Below are positions 1 to 13,130 of a DNA stretch of 64,000 bases, piece after piece; the first letter of the stretch is position 1, and each line of letters starts with the position of its first letter. The notes beneath the pieces were generated by a model, which did no database searches, was not told the origin of the DNA, and was given only the letters and a program-made list of their open reading frames with translations. The translations under genes were made by a program, and so were the position numbers. The DNA is from Octopus sinensis (lineage: Eukaryota), in NCBI RefSeq assembly GCF_006345805.1, contig NC_043010.1, forward strand, positions 32,178,001 to 32,242,000, given 5' to 3'.

Positions 1-464
1 ATTTCAAAATACAGTGACAACAATACTTCAACAATAAAACTAAAAGAAGAGAAGTAAAGTTGCTATGGCACAGGATCTTGTGTAAATAGTTAAATTACAA
101 ATCAGAATGACTCTTGTTAAAACAAAGAGATGGCAATGCTGTGTTTGTTTAATGCTGCTATTGTTAGTTTAAATTTTATCACTGAACAAACCAATATTTT
201 CACCAAAATATTACTTTATTAGGTGCTTATTTTATCATATTTTGTCAGTTATTGAATTATATTTTTATGTGTTATTTTTGCTTCATAGTTCTATGGCACA
301 TGCTACAGTTTAATTGTTTCAAGAGTGAGAGAAGACCATAATGGGGATTGGCACTAAACAAATAGTTATCAACACCATCCTTACTTCTTTTATAAAAAAA
401 AATCATGATGGTAATAACAATAATAACAATAATAATCATAATAATAATAATAATAATAATAATA

Positions 465-794
465 AACTCAGATACCAGGAAACCCCAAAATGGCCGAAAT
501 TCAAAAGATAGTGCTCATGGGAACTGCTCATATCCTACGCAAAATACTTTCTATGTAATCTCAAGGTTTAAAACAAACATAATTTTCGTATGTTTTTTTT
601 AGGCATTCACTAGTACAACACTAAGTACCAAACCAAATATATGGCACCCTAGGCATAACACCAACACGAACTTCCAACTTGTTGTCTCTTGAGATCTCTG
701 GGTGAGACTTGGAGCCAGCTTGTGCAAATGTAAAGCAAAAGTCAAACATAGAATAATAATAATAAAAATAATAATGATAATAATAATAATAATA
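465..794 (+). mobile_element. 5'-truncated R4/Dong-clade (RLE) LINE 3' end inserted in a (TAA)n tract
   Basis: 469-558 translates QIPGNPKMAEIQKIVLMGTAHILRKILSM*, the typical C-terminus of R4/Dong ORFs. It is followed by a ~190-nt 3'UTR, with (AAT)n on both flanks (~410-465 and 751-794). Confidence 0.85.
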
Positions 795-1631
795 CTTTCG
801 TAACAACATTGAGTAACAACATTAAAGCTTACTCAGTTGTTGGTGTTGTTTAGCCCATGTCACACTTGACTCAGTAACTATGTTAAAAAGTGTTCCAGCC
901 ATGACAATGTGATAATTTTAAATATGTAGGACTATTTTTATCTAATGAATTTTAAAACTTATTAGATGGGTTATTGATATTTGATTAGACAGATTTTGGT
1001 TGTATGCTGTTACCCTGTTCTCATATTAAATGTATTTGAAGTTTTCAAGGAGACCATTTATTTATACATAGATGTTAAAATGATTACAAATGATTACAAT
1101 AGTTTCTTGCCAGAGACTGTATTGCTGATTCCAGTTGTGAGTTATGTATATTGGCCAAGAATTAGATAGCTACATCTTTGTGTGGGGCAAACAGTGAGAA
1201 TTAAGAATGTCTTGTGTCTGTGCTTGGAAAAGTGAGAATATTGCATTCATGGAAGGTGAAGGGATTGCATCAACACTTGAGGGGTCATAATGTATTCATC
1301 GAGGCTAAAAGTTCTAACAGAGTGAACCTGGCTGCATTTTATTGTGACACCAGTATTAAGTGTGAGAAAATGATAGATAGTAAGAGGTGGATAAATAATG
1401 AGAGTAAACGATAGTAAATATCAAATGGCCAGTGGGGAGTACAGGTAGAGTTTATGGGATTCATGCAGATCTGATGAAGTCCCTTAAATTTTATATCTCT
1501 AGATGGTGAGGGAGGTGGGGGATAAGCATGAAAGAGAGAGAGAGAGAGAGAGAGTGCATGTGTGTGACAGAGGAGCAGATTTTGAGAGAGAGAGTCTGAT
1601 AGGTCTTAGGGCATTTTTAATTATGCTGGAA

Positions 1632-1671
<40 letters not shown>

Positions 1672-3714
1672 TACATTGCTTCACAATGTCAACTTATTGA
1701 TATTCAAAATGAACAATAACCATATCAGTATCACATGTGTGGAACAGCCATAGTTACTGTCCTTCTTTCCCCTCTGATTCATAGCTAAAATATGTTAAAT
1801 GCTTATTATTATCTTTCTAAAGCATCTTTTCCATGCATCTTTTCAATGCAGAAACAAGTCTTTCACCTATCAATTTCTTACCACCACCACCACCACCACC
1901 ACCACCATCATGGTCATTGTCATCATTTTCATCATCATCATCATTATAAATATCACTGAATTTTCAATAATGATAAATGAATCGGAAATAATAATGTAGT
2001 GTGGAGTGGGGCAATGAATAATTTTTAATTCAATAATTGCATTGTTGATAATTGCATAATTAATACAGGGTTGTCTAATGTGATGATATCTTGATGGTGG
2101 CGGTGGCTGTGCTGGTAATAATGATGAGGGAATGTAAATGGTAGAGTGATTTGGCAATAAAAGAATGAAATGTTTGGTCAGGTAAGGTAATGGAGGAGAT
2201 AGTGCTGGTGGTAGTGAAGACATTTGGCAGAAGAATAAAGGTATTGGTAGGGATGGTGATATGCATGTCGTGGTTGCGCATTATTGGAGTTTGAAGTAAT
2301 GATGACAGTGTTGGTATTAGCATTGATGATGGTGATGTAATGCTATTAATGCAATATTATGATATTTTACCTTCATAGTTTCATTCAATGCTGCCATCTG
2401 AAACAAATGAACATTTTTATATTGCTTCATTACTCTTTATTGGTTCTTAGTCTTTGACTGTGGCCATGCTGGGGCATCATTTGCAAGTATATTTACTCAA
2501 TTATATTGACCCCACTACTTAATCTGGTACTTAATTTAGTTTTGTCTTGTCTTGGTTTATCGTGAGTCACATCTCATTTAGAGAGTTATTTCCCCTCATG
2601 GAGAAAATATCACAAAGAATTTACAGTGACTTACACCAGCATATACATAACACACACACACACATAGTAAAATGTGGCATGGAAGGATGATAACAGGACA
2701 TACAAAAGATATGGACACACTACATACATACCTACATCTATCTATGTATCTGTACATCTGTCTGTTAGCCTGTTTATCTATCTATTTATAGATAGATATC
2801 GTAGTATGTGGTTGGAAGCCCAACACCATGCCATATATAATCAAGTGGAAAATTGTAGAAAAATCCATGCCATCTAAGAAATGCAACTTATATATAGTTG
2901 AAAGATCACATATCCCTTTTAACTTTAAAAATTCCACTGCGCTGCTGAATTCCAGATCTGAAATTTTCAGCAAATGCAGACATATGGACAAAATTGCTTT
3001 TGGTGAATTGAAGTACTCCACCCTCTCCTGATTAAACAGCTGTATCACAAACTTTGGACCCCTCTGCATTGATTCATTCTGTAATTAACTTTATTATGGC
3101 TTTACAGACAAAGGGTACATAACTCTCTTCTTCTTTTCTTTTTCCATTTTTTTCACCCTTCCACATTTTACATCCACCTTCTCATTTTTTTCTTGTGATT
3201 TCCCTTCTTCTAGCGCCCTGATTTGTATAGGCCTTGTTCTCAGAGCCTGAACATTTAAAGTTTAATTAAAAAAACTAAACATTAAAAATAAAAAGTAATA
3301 TATATATGTACATACATTTTTTTGTGTACTCATATATATGCATCTCTATATATTTACCTCCATTTGTTGCAGTTTATATGCAATAAAATAATGTGCAATA
3401 AAATAATGTGCATGTGTATGACTAGCTGTCTGTATAGACATATGCAATGCTGTTTTTGCTTTTAGTGTAAATTGTCTGTGAGAAGAAACCAGTTTAAATA
3501 ATGTCTATAACAACATTCTTATTTTAAATCCAAGTTGTATCTTTCCATTTTTCCCTACAAAAGCTGTGTTTTATTCATTTTATATATGTACACATGTGTG
3601 GTTTTGTCTTTATGTATCATTGTACTAAATGTATCTAAGTTTAAGTATGTGATGATGTGTGTATGTATGTAAATGTTTATGTATGTTGAAGGGGGAATTA
3701 AACCAGATGTTTTT

Positions 3715-4400
3715 CCTTTTACTATTCTTATGTTGGATGGGTTGCTATTGAAGTTTGGTTTGTGGTCTTTCCTGGTTATATATGAGCATTTTGGTATAAA
3801 TGTATCTACTCTTATCTATTTTAAGTTTAGTGACTATTTCTTTGGTTGTGGTGTTAAAGCTACATATTTCGTTTTCTTGTATGCCTTGAAGATTGCTTTA
3901 GAAAGAAAGTGGTAGAGTTTGTTTGCCTCATCTGATTTTACAAATATATTTGGGCTTGTTTTAATGTGGTTGATTTTCTGTTTCAGCTGCTTTTCCAGTT
4001 TTTTGTTTTGCTTGTTGAATTTCATTCTGTTGATCATTATAAATAGGTAATCTTCAAAGGGTTGTAACAATGGGTTAGGTGGCAGACATTTGGCTGTCTT
4101 AAATCCATAATTGTTGGGGAACTGTTCTTCCTTTTGATCATTTCCATAATGATAAATTTTCCATCAGTGACTTTTGATGAAGTGTTTTGTTTTTTGTAGT
4201 AATACTTTTTGGTAGGTTTTGGTTGGTTTTTTAGGTAATACTTTTTGATACGTTTGACATTTTTTTTATAGAGAAGTGTATTGGGTGGTGCTGCAACTTT
4301 TCCTATTTTACAGTTTATGTTATGAAAGCACTCATGTCAGAACAGAGCTATTATATTGTTTGTCTTTATGTTTAGGTTTAATAAAAACAATTTTACATTA
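3715..4400 (-). pseudogene. Neptune-type Penelope-like element, N-terminal/RT-proximal remnant
   Basis: Minus strand reads NYGFKTAKCLPPNPLLQPFEDYLFIMINRMKF...IFVKSDEANKLY and YITRKDHKPNFNSNPSNIRI. These match PLE motifs YGF..PP...FExDL, V.ADKT.NLY and ITLKDHKPNF..NP..RLI. Frames are disrupted. Confidence 0.75.
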
Positions 4401-4797
4401 ATCTGTTGTTGTTGTATGCCTGTAGATTGTTTTTGTTGTTGAATGTTGTTATTATTGTATTAGTCAGTCACTTACACAATATCTAAGTTATTTCAGCAAG
4501 TAAAGGCAATAGCTCTATACATATTTAAGCTTTATTATGATCTCATTAGAAAAATATAGACATTACCATACTTATTAAAATATTTATGTGAAATTTTGAA
4601 AATTTCTTAGTAAATATTCAAGGCTCTTAACATTGGAAAGCAGTATAGTTTAGAGAATAAGTAATTCATAGTCACCATTTGCATGGAAAAAAATCTGTAC
4701 TTAAGTGTTAACATATTTCATGTAGGAAAAACAAAATCTATAGAAAATAAAACCCAAAATTTATAATTGCTAAGTTTCATTTTTATTTTATTTCCAG

Positions 4798-4862
4798 GTG
4801 ATATTCGTTCTTACTCGTGATCATGATCCTTCTGGACAAGTCGTGGAGAGCTCACTTTGGCA
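4798..4862 (+). CDS. Candidate internal coding exon (65 nt) of an unidentified host gene
   Basis: Strong acceptor (tttcatttttattttatttccag|) and donor (CA|gtaagt). Only one frame is open: VIFVLTRDHDPSGQVVESSLW(H/Q). The sequence is non-repetitive with several CpGs in an AT-rich context. The protein is not recognised. Confidence 0.6.
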
Positions 4863-5154
4863 GTAAGTATACATTTAAAAATATAATTAGCAAATCCCAG
4901 TCCTTCCTCTTATAAATCTCATCCCACTGAAATTCTCTCTTTGCCCTGTTTTTTTTTCTGCAGCCACCAATTTACAGCTATTCAAGAAGAATCTTGACTG
5001 GGTCAATGTCACAGATATTGTGGCAAACTCTCCAGTTGTAAATGACAGACAAGAGTTCCACAACTTCTTGCTGAACAACATGCACAGATAATTTATTTGT
5101 AGTGATCAAATAGTTGCCAGGATAAAATGTGTTGGAAATAGTTCAAGGATCTAG

Positions 5155-5570
5155 TACCACTGCTGGTAACAAAAGTTTTTCCCACAGAGTGAAAGGTAGA
5201 TTGTATGATGGTTATGCTAGAGCTGCATGGTAGTGAAACATGGGCCTTGAATGCAGAGGATTTGAGAAAACTGGAAAGGAAGGAAATTACCTTGTTTCAT
5301 ATGATGTGTAATGTAATTGTATGAATGACAAAATTAGATGTGTTGAGAGAAAAAAATTAGAATTAGATGTAGTATACAGGTGTAGTATGCAGGTGGAGCC
5401 TAGTATGCATATGGATGAGGACAGCTGCATAAGTAAATGCTAATCACTTAATTTATTGGAATTTGTGGAAGAGAGAGACCTAGAAAGAAATGGGATGAAA
5501 TGGTGAAAACTGATCTCAGTACCTTAAAGCACGTGGAGGAGATGACAAAGGACTGGGATGACTGAGAAAA
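5155..5570 (+). mobile_element. Degenerate RTE-clade LINE 3' fragment
   Basis: Reads LLVTK..RVKGRLYD..MLE.LHGSETWAL and TCGRERPRKKWDE-like motifs; homologous to 53400-53800. Confidence 0.75.
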
Positions 5571-6729
5571 TGTACCTATCTTGCTAAAACAGATCCTGCG
5601 AGTCTATTGTATATATATGTGCACAGCCTCAATTTTGTTATCACCTCCCTCAATTTTGCCATTACCACACGCACTCTCTCTCTTCATCACATGCCTAATT
5701 GCAGTATTCTGCTGTGTGCTACATGTGAGTAGAATGGCATACTTCACCGGTTTTTCCTTGATGCACTTGTCCTTCACACTACCCACAACCATTTCATTCT
5801 TAATACTACTCTCTACTCCTCCACATTTATCACTCTTCTGTTCTATCAAGTGATCTCTGCCTAATTGCTATTTGGTAATTGTAACACATCCCCTACAGGT
5901 GAAGATAATTGTAATAAATCAATAATTTATGTTGGATAGTATTTGATATACCTGTATTTGCCCAGTTATTCAAAGACATGCTGCAAGCCACTCTCAGTTA
6001 TTTCTCTTAACTTATTTTTGTTTCAATTATGCTAATTACTTGGGTCATAAGTTAGCCTTGGTAATGCGACCTACTCTTTTGTATGTGTATAAATCCCTTT
6101 GTTACTTGGGATAACATGAGACAATTTTTGTGCTGATGATGTCTCCAGAAAATAATAAGCCTGACTGTTTTGTTAATGACATATCAACTTCAAGGAATTT
6201 TTGAATCTTGAGATTATCTGCTCTTCTCACATGGAGCAGATCTCAATTGCTATTCTGGTAATTGTAAGACATTCTCTCGAGGCTGAGATTATTTTAATAA
6301 TGCAAGAATTTATGTTATGCGATTTGATGTACCTGTATTTGTCCATTCAGTTGCAGTACATATTCATCCTAAATGCACAAAAATTCTACATTAGAGGACA
6401 TTAGGACACTTACCCAGCAGAAACATGTGTCAGATTGGAATTTAATGAGAATAATACACTCATGCATGCAGACACACATGCACACAGAGTAAGAGAGATA
6501 GAGAGAGAACACTATAGCACTATGAATGTTTTACATGCTGTTTTGGTGTGGTTTTTCTCTTCCACATTTATCATGTTTGCTGTCACAAGTGTGTAGCAGC
6601 TGAAGTGTTGGAAATAGTAACCAAATCTCCCCCAAATAACAATGTGTCGTTTTAAAAAAAATTAATAAACACTTAGACTCACCTAAACTGATGGGATGAT
6701 CACGGCAAGAATAGGGATAAAAGCAAAAG

Positions 6730-7045
6730 TATTATCATCAGCAGCACGACCATCATCATATTATGGTTATCATCATCACAATCACCATTATTATCATAAT
6801 CGTTTTCATCATCATCATCATCATCTTCATCATCATCATCATCTTCTTCGTCATCATCATCATTCTCTTCCTCCTCCTCTTCTTCATCATCATCATCATC
6901 ATCATCATCATTCTCTTCCTCCTCCTCTTCATCATCATCATCATCATTCTCTTCCTCCTCCTCTTCATCATCATTATCAGCAGCAGTATCACCATCATGT
7001 TTCTACCATGATGACTGCCACCACCACCATCATCATCACCATATC
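6730..7045. repeat. (CAT)n microsatellite with three higher-order units containing cattctcttcctcctcctctt
   Basis: Direct reading; this tract produces the spurious poly-His/Ile/Met ORFs. Confidence 0.9.
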
Positions 7046-8141
7046 AATTTCCACAGACCTCTGGGTCATCAAAATTTATTTCTGATATCTGTGGTATTAA
7101 TGGATGTGAGATAACTCACCCTTGGATCGGACAGTAGGTTACTATTGGTAAATTTCCTGCAATAAGAATTCAACTCACCTCTGAAAATCAATGAAGCATT
7201 TCTCAGTTTTGAAATTCTGCCATCACTATAACTGGCGAATATTTCCTTCTGCTACTTTCACTGCTGCCATTGCAAACACCTACCACCTATCACTACCGAC
7301 ACTACCACCACAAAAACTCCTCACACACCATTATCACTATCATAGCACCATTACAACTACCACCACAACAACACAATCTCCGTTATAACTAACACTACTA
7401 CAGACACTACCACCCCTACAAGCATATCACTACCACCATCTCTGTCAAATGAAAACTGATATTACTTTTCTTACAATTGCCACCACCACCTCAAGTACCA
7501 GTAGTACTAATACCATTGCCTTCAGTACTACACAACTAACACCAATCTAGTTCCACAACCATTATTATCGCTACCAGCATCACAACCTACACCACCACCA
7601 CCACCACGACCATCACGACGACGATGACGACGACGACCACCACCACCACAACCACCACCACTACTACTACTAGGAGTTTCACTACAATCACCACAACTCC
7701 CATTACTACCATCACAACCCCTACTGTTATGGCCACTAATTTCTCAACACCCACTCACTCACATCCTATCACCACTCCCCACTCATCACTACCACCACCA
7801 TTATAAAGGAACAAAAGACGAAAAACAAAAAACAACCTCCTGTCAAATCTTCAGTTGGCAGTTAAATGAAGACTTGTTGGTGCTCTGCCATTTCTGTAGA
7901 ATGTCATGTCTGAAACAGTGAAGAATTCTAAATTATTTCTTTGTTAGATTTTCAGAGTGACATGAGCATTTCTTCTGAATGTTAACAGCAAAATTTTATT
8001 GTTAGGAATAATGAAAATAGCAATAACAATTAGAACTATAGCAATAATAACAATAACAATTTCTTTATTAGCCACAAGGGTGACAACTGATAGCAAGCTA
8101 TTAATAATGGTTTCAGATTTGGGACCTACTATTAATAATAA

Positions 8142-8367
8142 TACTCTTTTACTCTTTTACTTGTTTCAGTCATTTGATGGTGGTCATGCTGGAGCATCAC
8201 CTTTAGTTGAGCAAATTGACCCCAGGACTTATTCTTTGTAAGCCTTGTACTTATTCTATCGGTCACTTTGCTGAACCGCTAAGTTACGGGGATGTAAACA
8301 CACCAGCATCGGTTGTCAAGCAATGTTGTGGGGACAAACATAGACAGACATAAACATATACACACAC

Positions 8368-8410
<43 letters not shown>

Positions 8411-8530
8411 TACGACGGGCTTCTTTCAGTTTCTGCCTACCAAATCCACTCACAAGGCTTTGGTTGACCCGAGGCTATAGTTGAAGACACTTGCCCAAGG
8501 TGCCACATAGTGGGACTGAACCTGGAACCA
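8142..8530 (-). mobile_element. tRNA-derived SINE (family B, internal TA/CA microsatellite, AAAAGAGT tail), 5'-truncated
   Basis: Reverse complement gives tggttccaggttcagtcccac...gccttgtgagtggatttggtagg...aactgaaagaagcccgtcg...tgactgaaacaagtaaaagagtaaaagagta. Other copies lie at 12554, 42600, 60582 and 61720. Confidence 0.85.
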
Positions 8531-8991
8531 ATTTTACAACCTTCATCCAATTTCCAAAATTCTTTGCTTATTTAAAGCCTCATCTGAACACATACAATTT
8601 TGCTTAGATACATGTGTATGCATTCTTACAAACACATAACCTCGTGTAGTTGCATTATTAATTTCAGTTTTAATTTTTACTCATTATCTATCAAATTAGC
8701 TCTTAGAAATAAATTCTATAGGAAATTTGGTATAAACAGGAGTACATTGGTGTGAACACAAACTGTTTGTGATACTCATCATATCAAAATTTTGCTCAAG
8801 TCCTTATAATCAAAGTAAAGAGAAGCTTTTGACTGACTGTTTAATTTTCAGCTTCACATTTTATCACAAACCCTCTGGTGAATTCTAAAGATCAACCAGC
8901 ACAAGTCTACCCACTCCCTAACAATTATAGGAAAATGCATGGTTTTCTCTCTTTCATCCTCCTTTTTTGTTCTCTTTTCCCACCAACTATA

Positions 8992-9850
8992 TGAGGTCTG
9001 ATCAATAAGTATCTGGACTGTTGCCATAGTAATGAAGCTAAAGCATGCAGAGTGAAGCCACCTGGCAAAGATTGACCTTGAAGAATGCTGTGCTTGCACT
9101 CAAAGTTCTAACATTCTAATTCACTTCTGCTGGTTACAGCAGTGCTTGGAAGGAAGGTGTGTAGCATGTGATCATTGCATTGACTATGACAGAGGAAGTT
9201 GTCATGACAATACCTGCTCAGAAGCCTGCGCAAAGTTGCAGAAAGTGTATGGAGAGGAGTGTATGAGCTTCACACAAGTGTACAAGTGGTTCAGACGTTT
9301 CCAAGATGGCTGAAAAATGTTGATATTGATGAACGTTTTGGGAGACTCGCAACCAGCAAAACTGAGAAAAACATCATAGATGTGTGCAGCTGTGAGGGGA
9401 AATTGTCAAATTGCCTGAGGATGTGCAGATTAGTTACGGTTTAGTTCAGTCCATAATCACTGAAGATTTGGGTATGAGATGCATGTCTGTCAAGTTTGTG
9501 CCAAAACTGCTTTCAATATTCGGGTTTCAGTTGCACAAGATCTTGATTGTGTTGAGAATGATGAAAGTTTTTGAAAACTTTGCGTAGGCCTCTGTGCAGG
9601 TATCACCAAGCTTTTGGCAAAATTTGATGCGGATTCTCTAGTCAACTTTATCTGTTATGGTTAATGCAGCAATCACATGCTACACACCTTCCTTCCAATC
9701 ACTGCTGTAAACAGCGGAAGTAAGCTAGAATGTTAAAACTTAATGAGCAAGAACTGCAGAGTTTGAGGTTAATGTGTGCCAAGTGGCTTCACTCTGTATA
9801 CTTTAGCTTCGTTACTGTAGCAACAGTCTATATACTTACTGATCAGATCA
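8992..9850 (+). mobile_element. Non-autonomous mariner derivative made of two inverted 5' ends
   Basis: Ends are TA|tgaggtctgatcaataagtat ... atacttactgatcagatca|TA. Inverted arms span about 8992-9240 and 9575-9850. Internal + strand mariner N-terminus reads QVYKWFRRFQDG and MRCMSVKFVPKLLS; the right arm on - reads IKFCQKLGDTCTEAY. Confidence 0.85.
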
Positions 9851-10275
9851 TATATATTGTTCCCATTCAGGTTTCCATTATACTTGCCTATATATTCCAA
9901 ACAATAGATGACATATCCAGTCTGATGACGGCGAATGTGAAATTCAAACAACTAGTTATGAGACACTACCTGTCATAACCACACGCTCTCTCTCTCTCTC
10001 TCTCTCTCTTTCACACACACACACACACACACATACACACTTTCACAGTCTCATTACTACATGGGTTCTTGATGAACATTCAATACAGACGTGAATCACA
10101 TTTTGTCTTTTGCTCAAGAAAGTTGATAATTTATATTAAGCTGATTGCTTTATCTCACACATACACATATATGTGTATCATAATGTAAGAGTTGTAACGT
10201 ATATAAAAATATATTTTATGAAGTGGAAATATTAACCAATAAAGAATTCAGTACATTGGGTAGAGTGGACAGTTA

Positions 10276-11909
10276 CACTGGCAAAAATAAATTTAAGACC
10301 GATGATAAAAGTTCTATTTCTTACAAAATATATTATTACACCATACAAATTATTTTTATCTTTTACCCCTTATGCAGAATTTATTTCTCTTTCAAATGAT
10401 GCAGACAATAACTATTTTTATACAACTTGAAGAATTCTAATGCTAAATTAATATAAATGTTTCAAATTTACTGGCAAAATTAGTTTAAGACCACATTGTT
10501 ATAATTTTATTTAACGCTTAAGATTGTAGCAAAAATGAGCAACAAGAATGAAATACATATTAGTACTTTGTACCGTAGCCTTTATTCTTAATAATAGCTG
10601 AACAACACTTCAGCATTGAATTCGCTAAGTAATTACAAAATTCTATGGGAATTTTTTGCCATATTTCATTGATGTAATCGAATAATTTTTTAGATTGGAT
10701 GGTTTTTTTTAGCATGGACTCTTTTGGAATCGTAATTCCACAAGTTCTTGATCAGATTCAGGTCTGGGCTCTGGGGAGGCCATTCGATTACACCAATATT
10801 ATAGTGACCAAAAAATTCCATAACCTTTTTGATTTTGTTCACAGGACTATTTTCCTGCTGAGGAATAGCCCCTGGAGACATTTGGTGAGTCAAATATGGC
10901 ACAACATTATCCTTTAGAAGATTCATATAACCTACACTATTTAGCTTTCCATCAACTTTAACTAGTGGGCCAACACTAAAGTTACTAAAAGCTGTCCACA
11001 CCATCACACTCCCACCCCACTTGCGCCATCTTTTTCATGCCTTTCAGATGGAATTCCTCAGTTGGTTGACATCTGACATATGTTTTACCATCTGATCCAA
11101 ATATACAGAAGCATGACTCGTCACTCCAAAGGACCCTGCACCAATCTTTGGCAGTCCATTGAGCATGACTTTTTGGGAAATTCAGGCGTTTGAGTTGATT
11201 TCTTTTGGATATTATTGTTTTTTTTCCTAGTGATTTGTCCATGTAGTCCAAATTCTCTCAAATGGTTGCGGACGGTTTGTGGTGTAAAAATAGCACCATT
11301 CTCGTTGGACACTTGTTTACAAATGTCAACAGCTGTCAGCATTCGGTTGCCTTCCGAAAGTCCTTGGATTTGATGGTCCAACTGCACCGTCATTTTTCTT
11401 GGGGAGCCAGACCTTTGCTGATCTTTATATTGACCAGTCTCTGAGTATAACTTTCATGCTTGCACACAAACCGTTTTACTGCACTTTAGTTGCTTGCTGA
11501 TGTTTGAAAAGGAAACCTTTTTGCTGGTGGAGTAATATGATTTTTGCTCTCGTGACTGGACTGAGGCTACGCTGTTTTCCCATTATTAATCAATTGTATA
11601 ATAACGTTAAATCATAACACTACATAGTGCAGTTAGGCTTGTTGTGTGACCACCCATTATGGCAAAAAAATTTGCATACATATTACATGGTCTTAAACTA
11701 ATTTTGCTGGTAAATTTAAAACGTTTATATTAATTTAGCATTAGAATTCTTCAAGTTGTATAAAAATAGTTATTGTCTGCATCATTCGAAAGAGAAATAA
11801 ATTTTGCATAAGGTGTAAAAGATAAAGATAATTTGTATGGTGTTAGTAACAGTATATTTTGTAAGAAATAGAACTTTTATCATCGGTCTTACATTTATTT
11901 TTGCCAGTG
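10276..11909 (-). mobile_element. Full-length (1634 bp) Tc1 element with long IR/DR-type TIRs
   Basis: TA TSD at 10274-10275 and 11910-11911. TIRs of ~220 bp (10276-10493 and 11688-11909) each carry an outer and inner direct repeat ggcaaaa(a)t..tttaagacc. Confidence 0.95.
10560..11583 (-). pseudogene. Tc1 DD34E transposase pseudogene
   Basis: Runs from MGKQRSLSP to KNKGYGTKY* with several frameshifts. WSDES is intact; QQENSP...(34 aa)...SPDLNLIKNLW shows the second D changed to E and the catalytic E changed to K. Confidence 0.92.
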
Positions 11910-12553
11910 TATGTTTACAATGTCAAAATTTGACAGACTTCAGTATTTTGCCTTGGTCTTGGCTGTTAACAGTTGTCGTGTGCGTGTGTCTTTACATATA
12001 CATACATTCACATATACAAGTTGTGCCATACCTAACTAATGACAGTCTTACCTCTCAGACATTCTACCAATCTCTATTAATACAGCTGGGGAATATATGT
12101 GGTTTCCTTGTGGGATGGTCATTAATACAAAGAAAATACCCATCCCCTCACAACATGAGGTGGGAATAGAAATTTTTGAAATTTTGGAATTACAAGGAAA
12201 AAATGCATAGAGTTCACCTATTTATTTTTTGTGTGTGTGTTTACTTATTACAAGTGATTACAATTTTTAATTGCTAGTTACCTTGTATAGCATTATTTCA
12301 TTATTTATAGAAATCGTCGACATTTCACTTATTAATGAGACATTTCATTAGAATTAAAGATGGAATTAATCACAATTTGGAGAAAATTCATGGAATTTAT
12401 TTTCTTTTTTTTCCTTCAAAGAACATTAGTTTAGGAATTGAGAAAAAGATAGAATGTTCTTTGCATTTACATACAGAATAATTGCAATTTTCAAAGGAAA
12501 TTCTACCAGCTGGTAATGTTATATTTTAAGCAATGAACAAATATGTACCTACA

Positions 12554-12800
12554 GAGGTGCAAGCATGGCTGTGTAGTTGTGAAGTTTATTTCACGACTGG
12601 ATGGTATGAGGTTCAGTTCCAATGCGTGGCACTTTCAACAACTGTTTTCTTCTGTAGTCACTTGTTGACCAAAACCCTATGAGGGGATTTCTAGATTGAA
12701 TCTGAAAGAAGCCTGTTATACATGTTTGTGTGTGTGTGTGTGTGAATGCATGCATGAATAGATAGTTATGTGTGCACACGTGTGTTTCTGTATTTGTTTA
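12554..12800 (+). mobile_element. Degenerate tRNA-derived SINE (family B)
   Basis: ggtgcaagcatggctgtgtag...ggttcagttccaatgcgtggcac...ctgaaagaagcctg; homologous to 8142-8530. Confidence 0.7.
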
Positions 12801-12807
12801 CATTTGT

Positions 12808-13130
12808 CATCATCATCATTGTTTAATGTCCATTTTCCATGCTAGCAAGGGTTGGATGGTTTGACTGGGGTTTGGAAAGCCGGGAGGCTGTGTTAGGCTC
12901 CAGTCTGATCTGGCAGTGTTTCTACAGCTGGATGCTTTTCCTAACGCCAACCACTCCATGAGTGTAGTGGGTGTTTTTTACGTGCCAGCAGCACAGGGGC
13001 CAGAGGAGGCTGGCAACGGCCACACTCAGTTGGTGCTTTTTATGTGCCACCAGCAAGGAAGCCAGTCAAGGTGGCACTAGCATCGGCCATGTTTGGATGG
13101 TGCTTTTTACATGCCACCGGCATGGGTATC
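12808..13130 (-). mobile_element. RTE-LINE 3'UTR / RTE-tailed SINE fragment with (GAT)n tail
   Basis: Reverse complement gives tggcacgtaaaaaacacccactacactc..ggttggcgttaggaaaagcatccagctgtagaaac...ggacattaaacaatgatgatg, the same motif as the RTE 3' end at 54200-54343. Confidence 0.75.

Noticed and set aside
6133-6162. CTGATGA...GAAA possible hammerhead
   Set aside because: Stem II is only 2 bp and there is no stem I or III pairing.
6696-7085. 129-aa His/Pro-rich ORF
   Set aside because: Translation of (CAT)n/(CCT)n repeats; overlapping ORFs exist in other frames and there is no splice or homology support.
9915-9975. CTGATGA possible hammerhead
   Set aside because: No correctly placed GAAA, stem III and UH.
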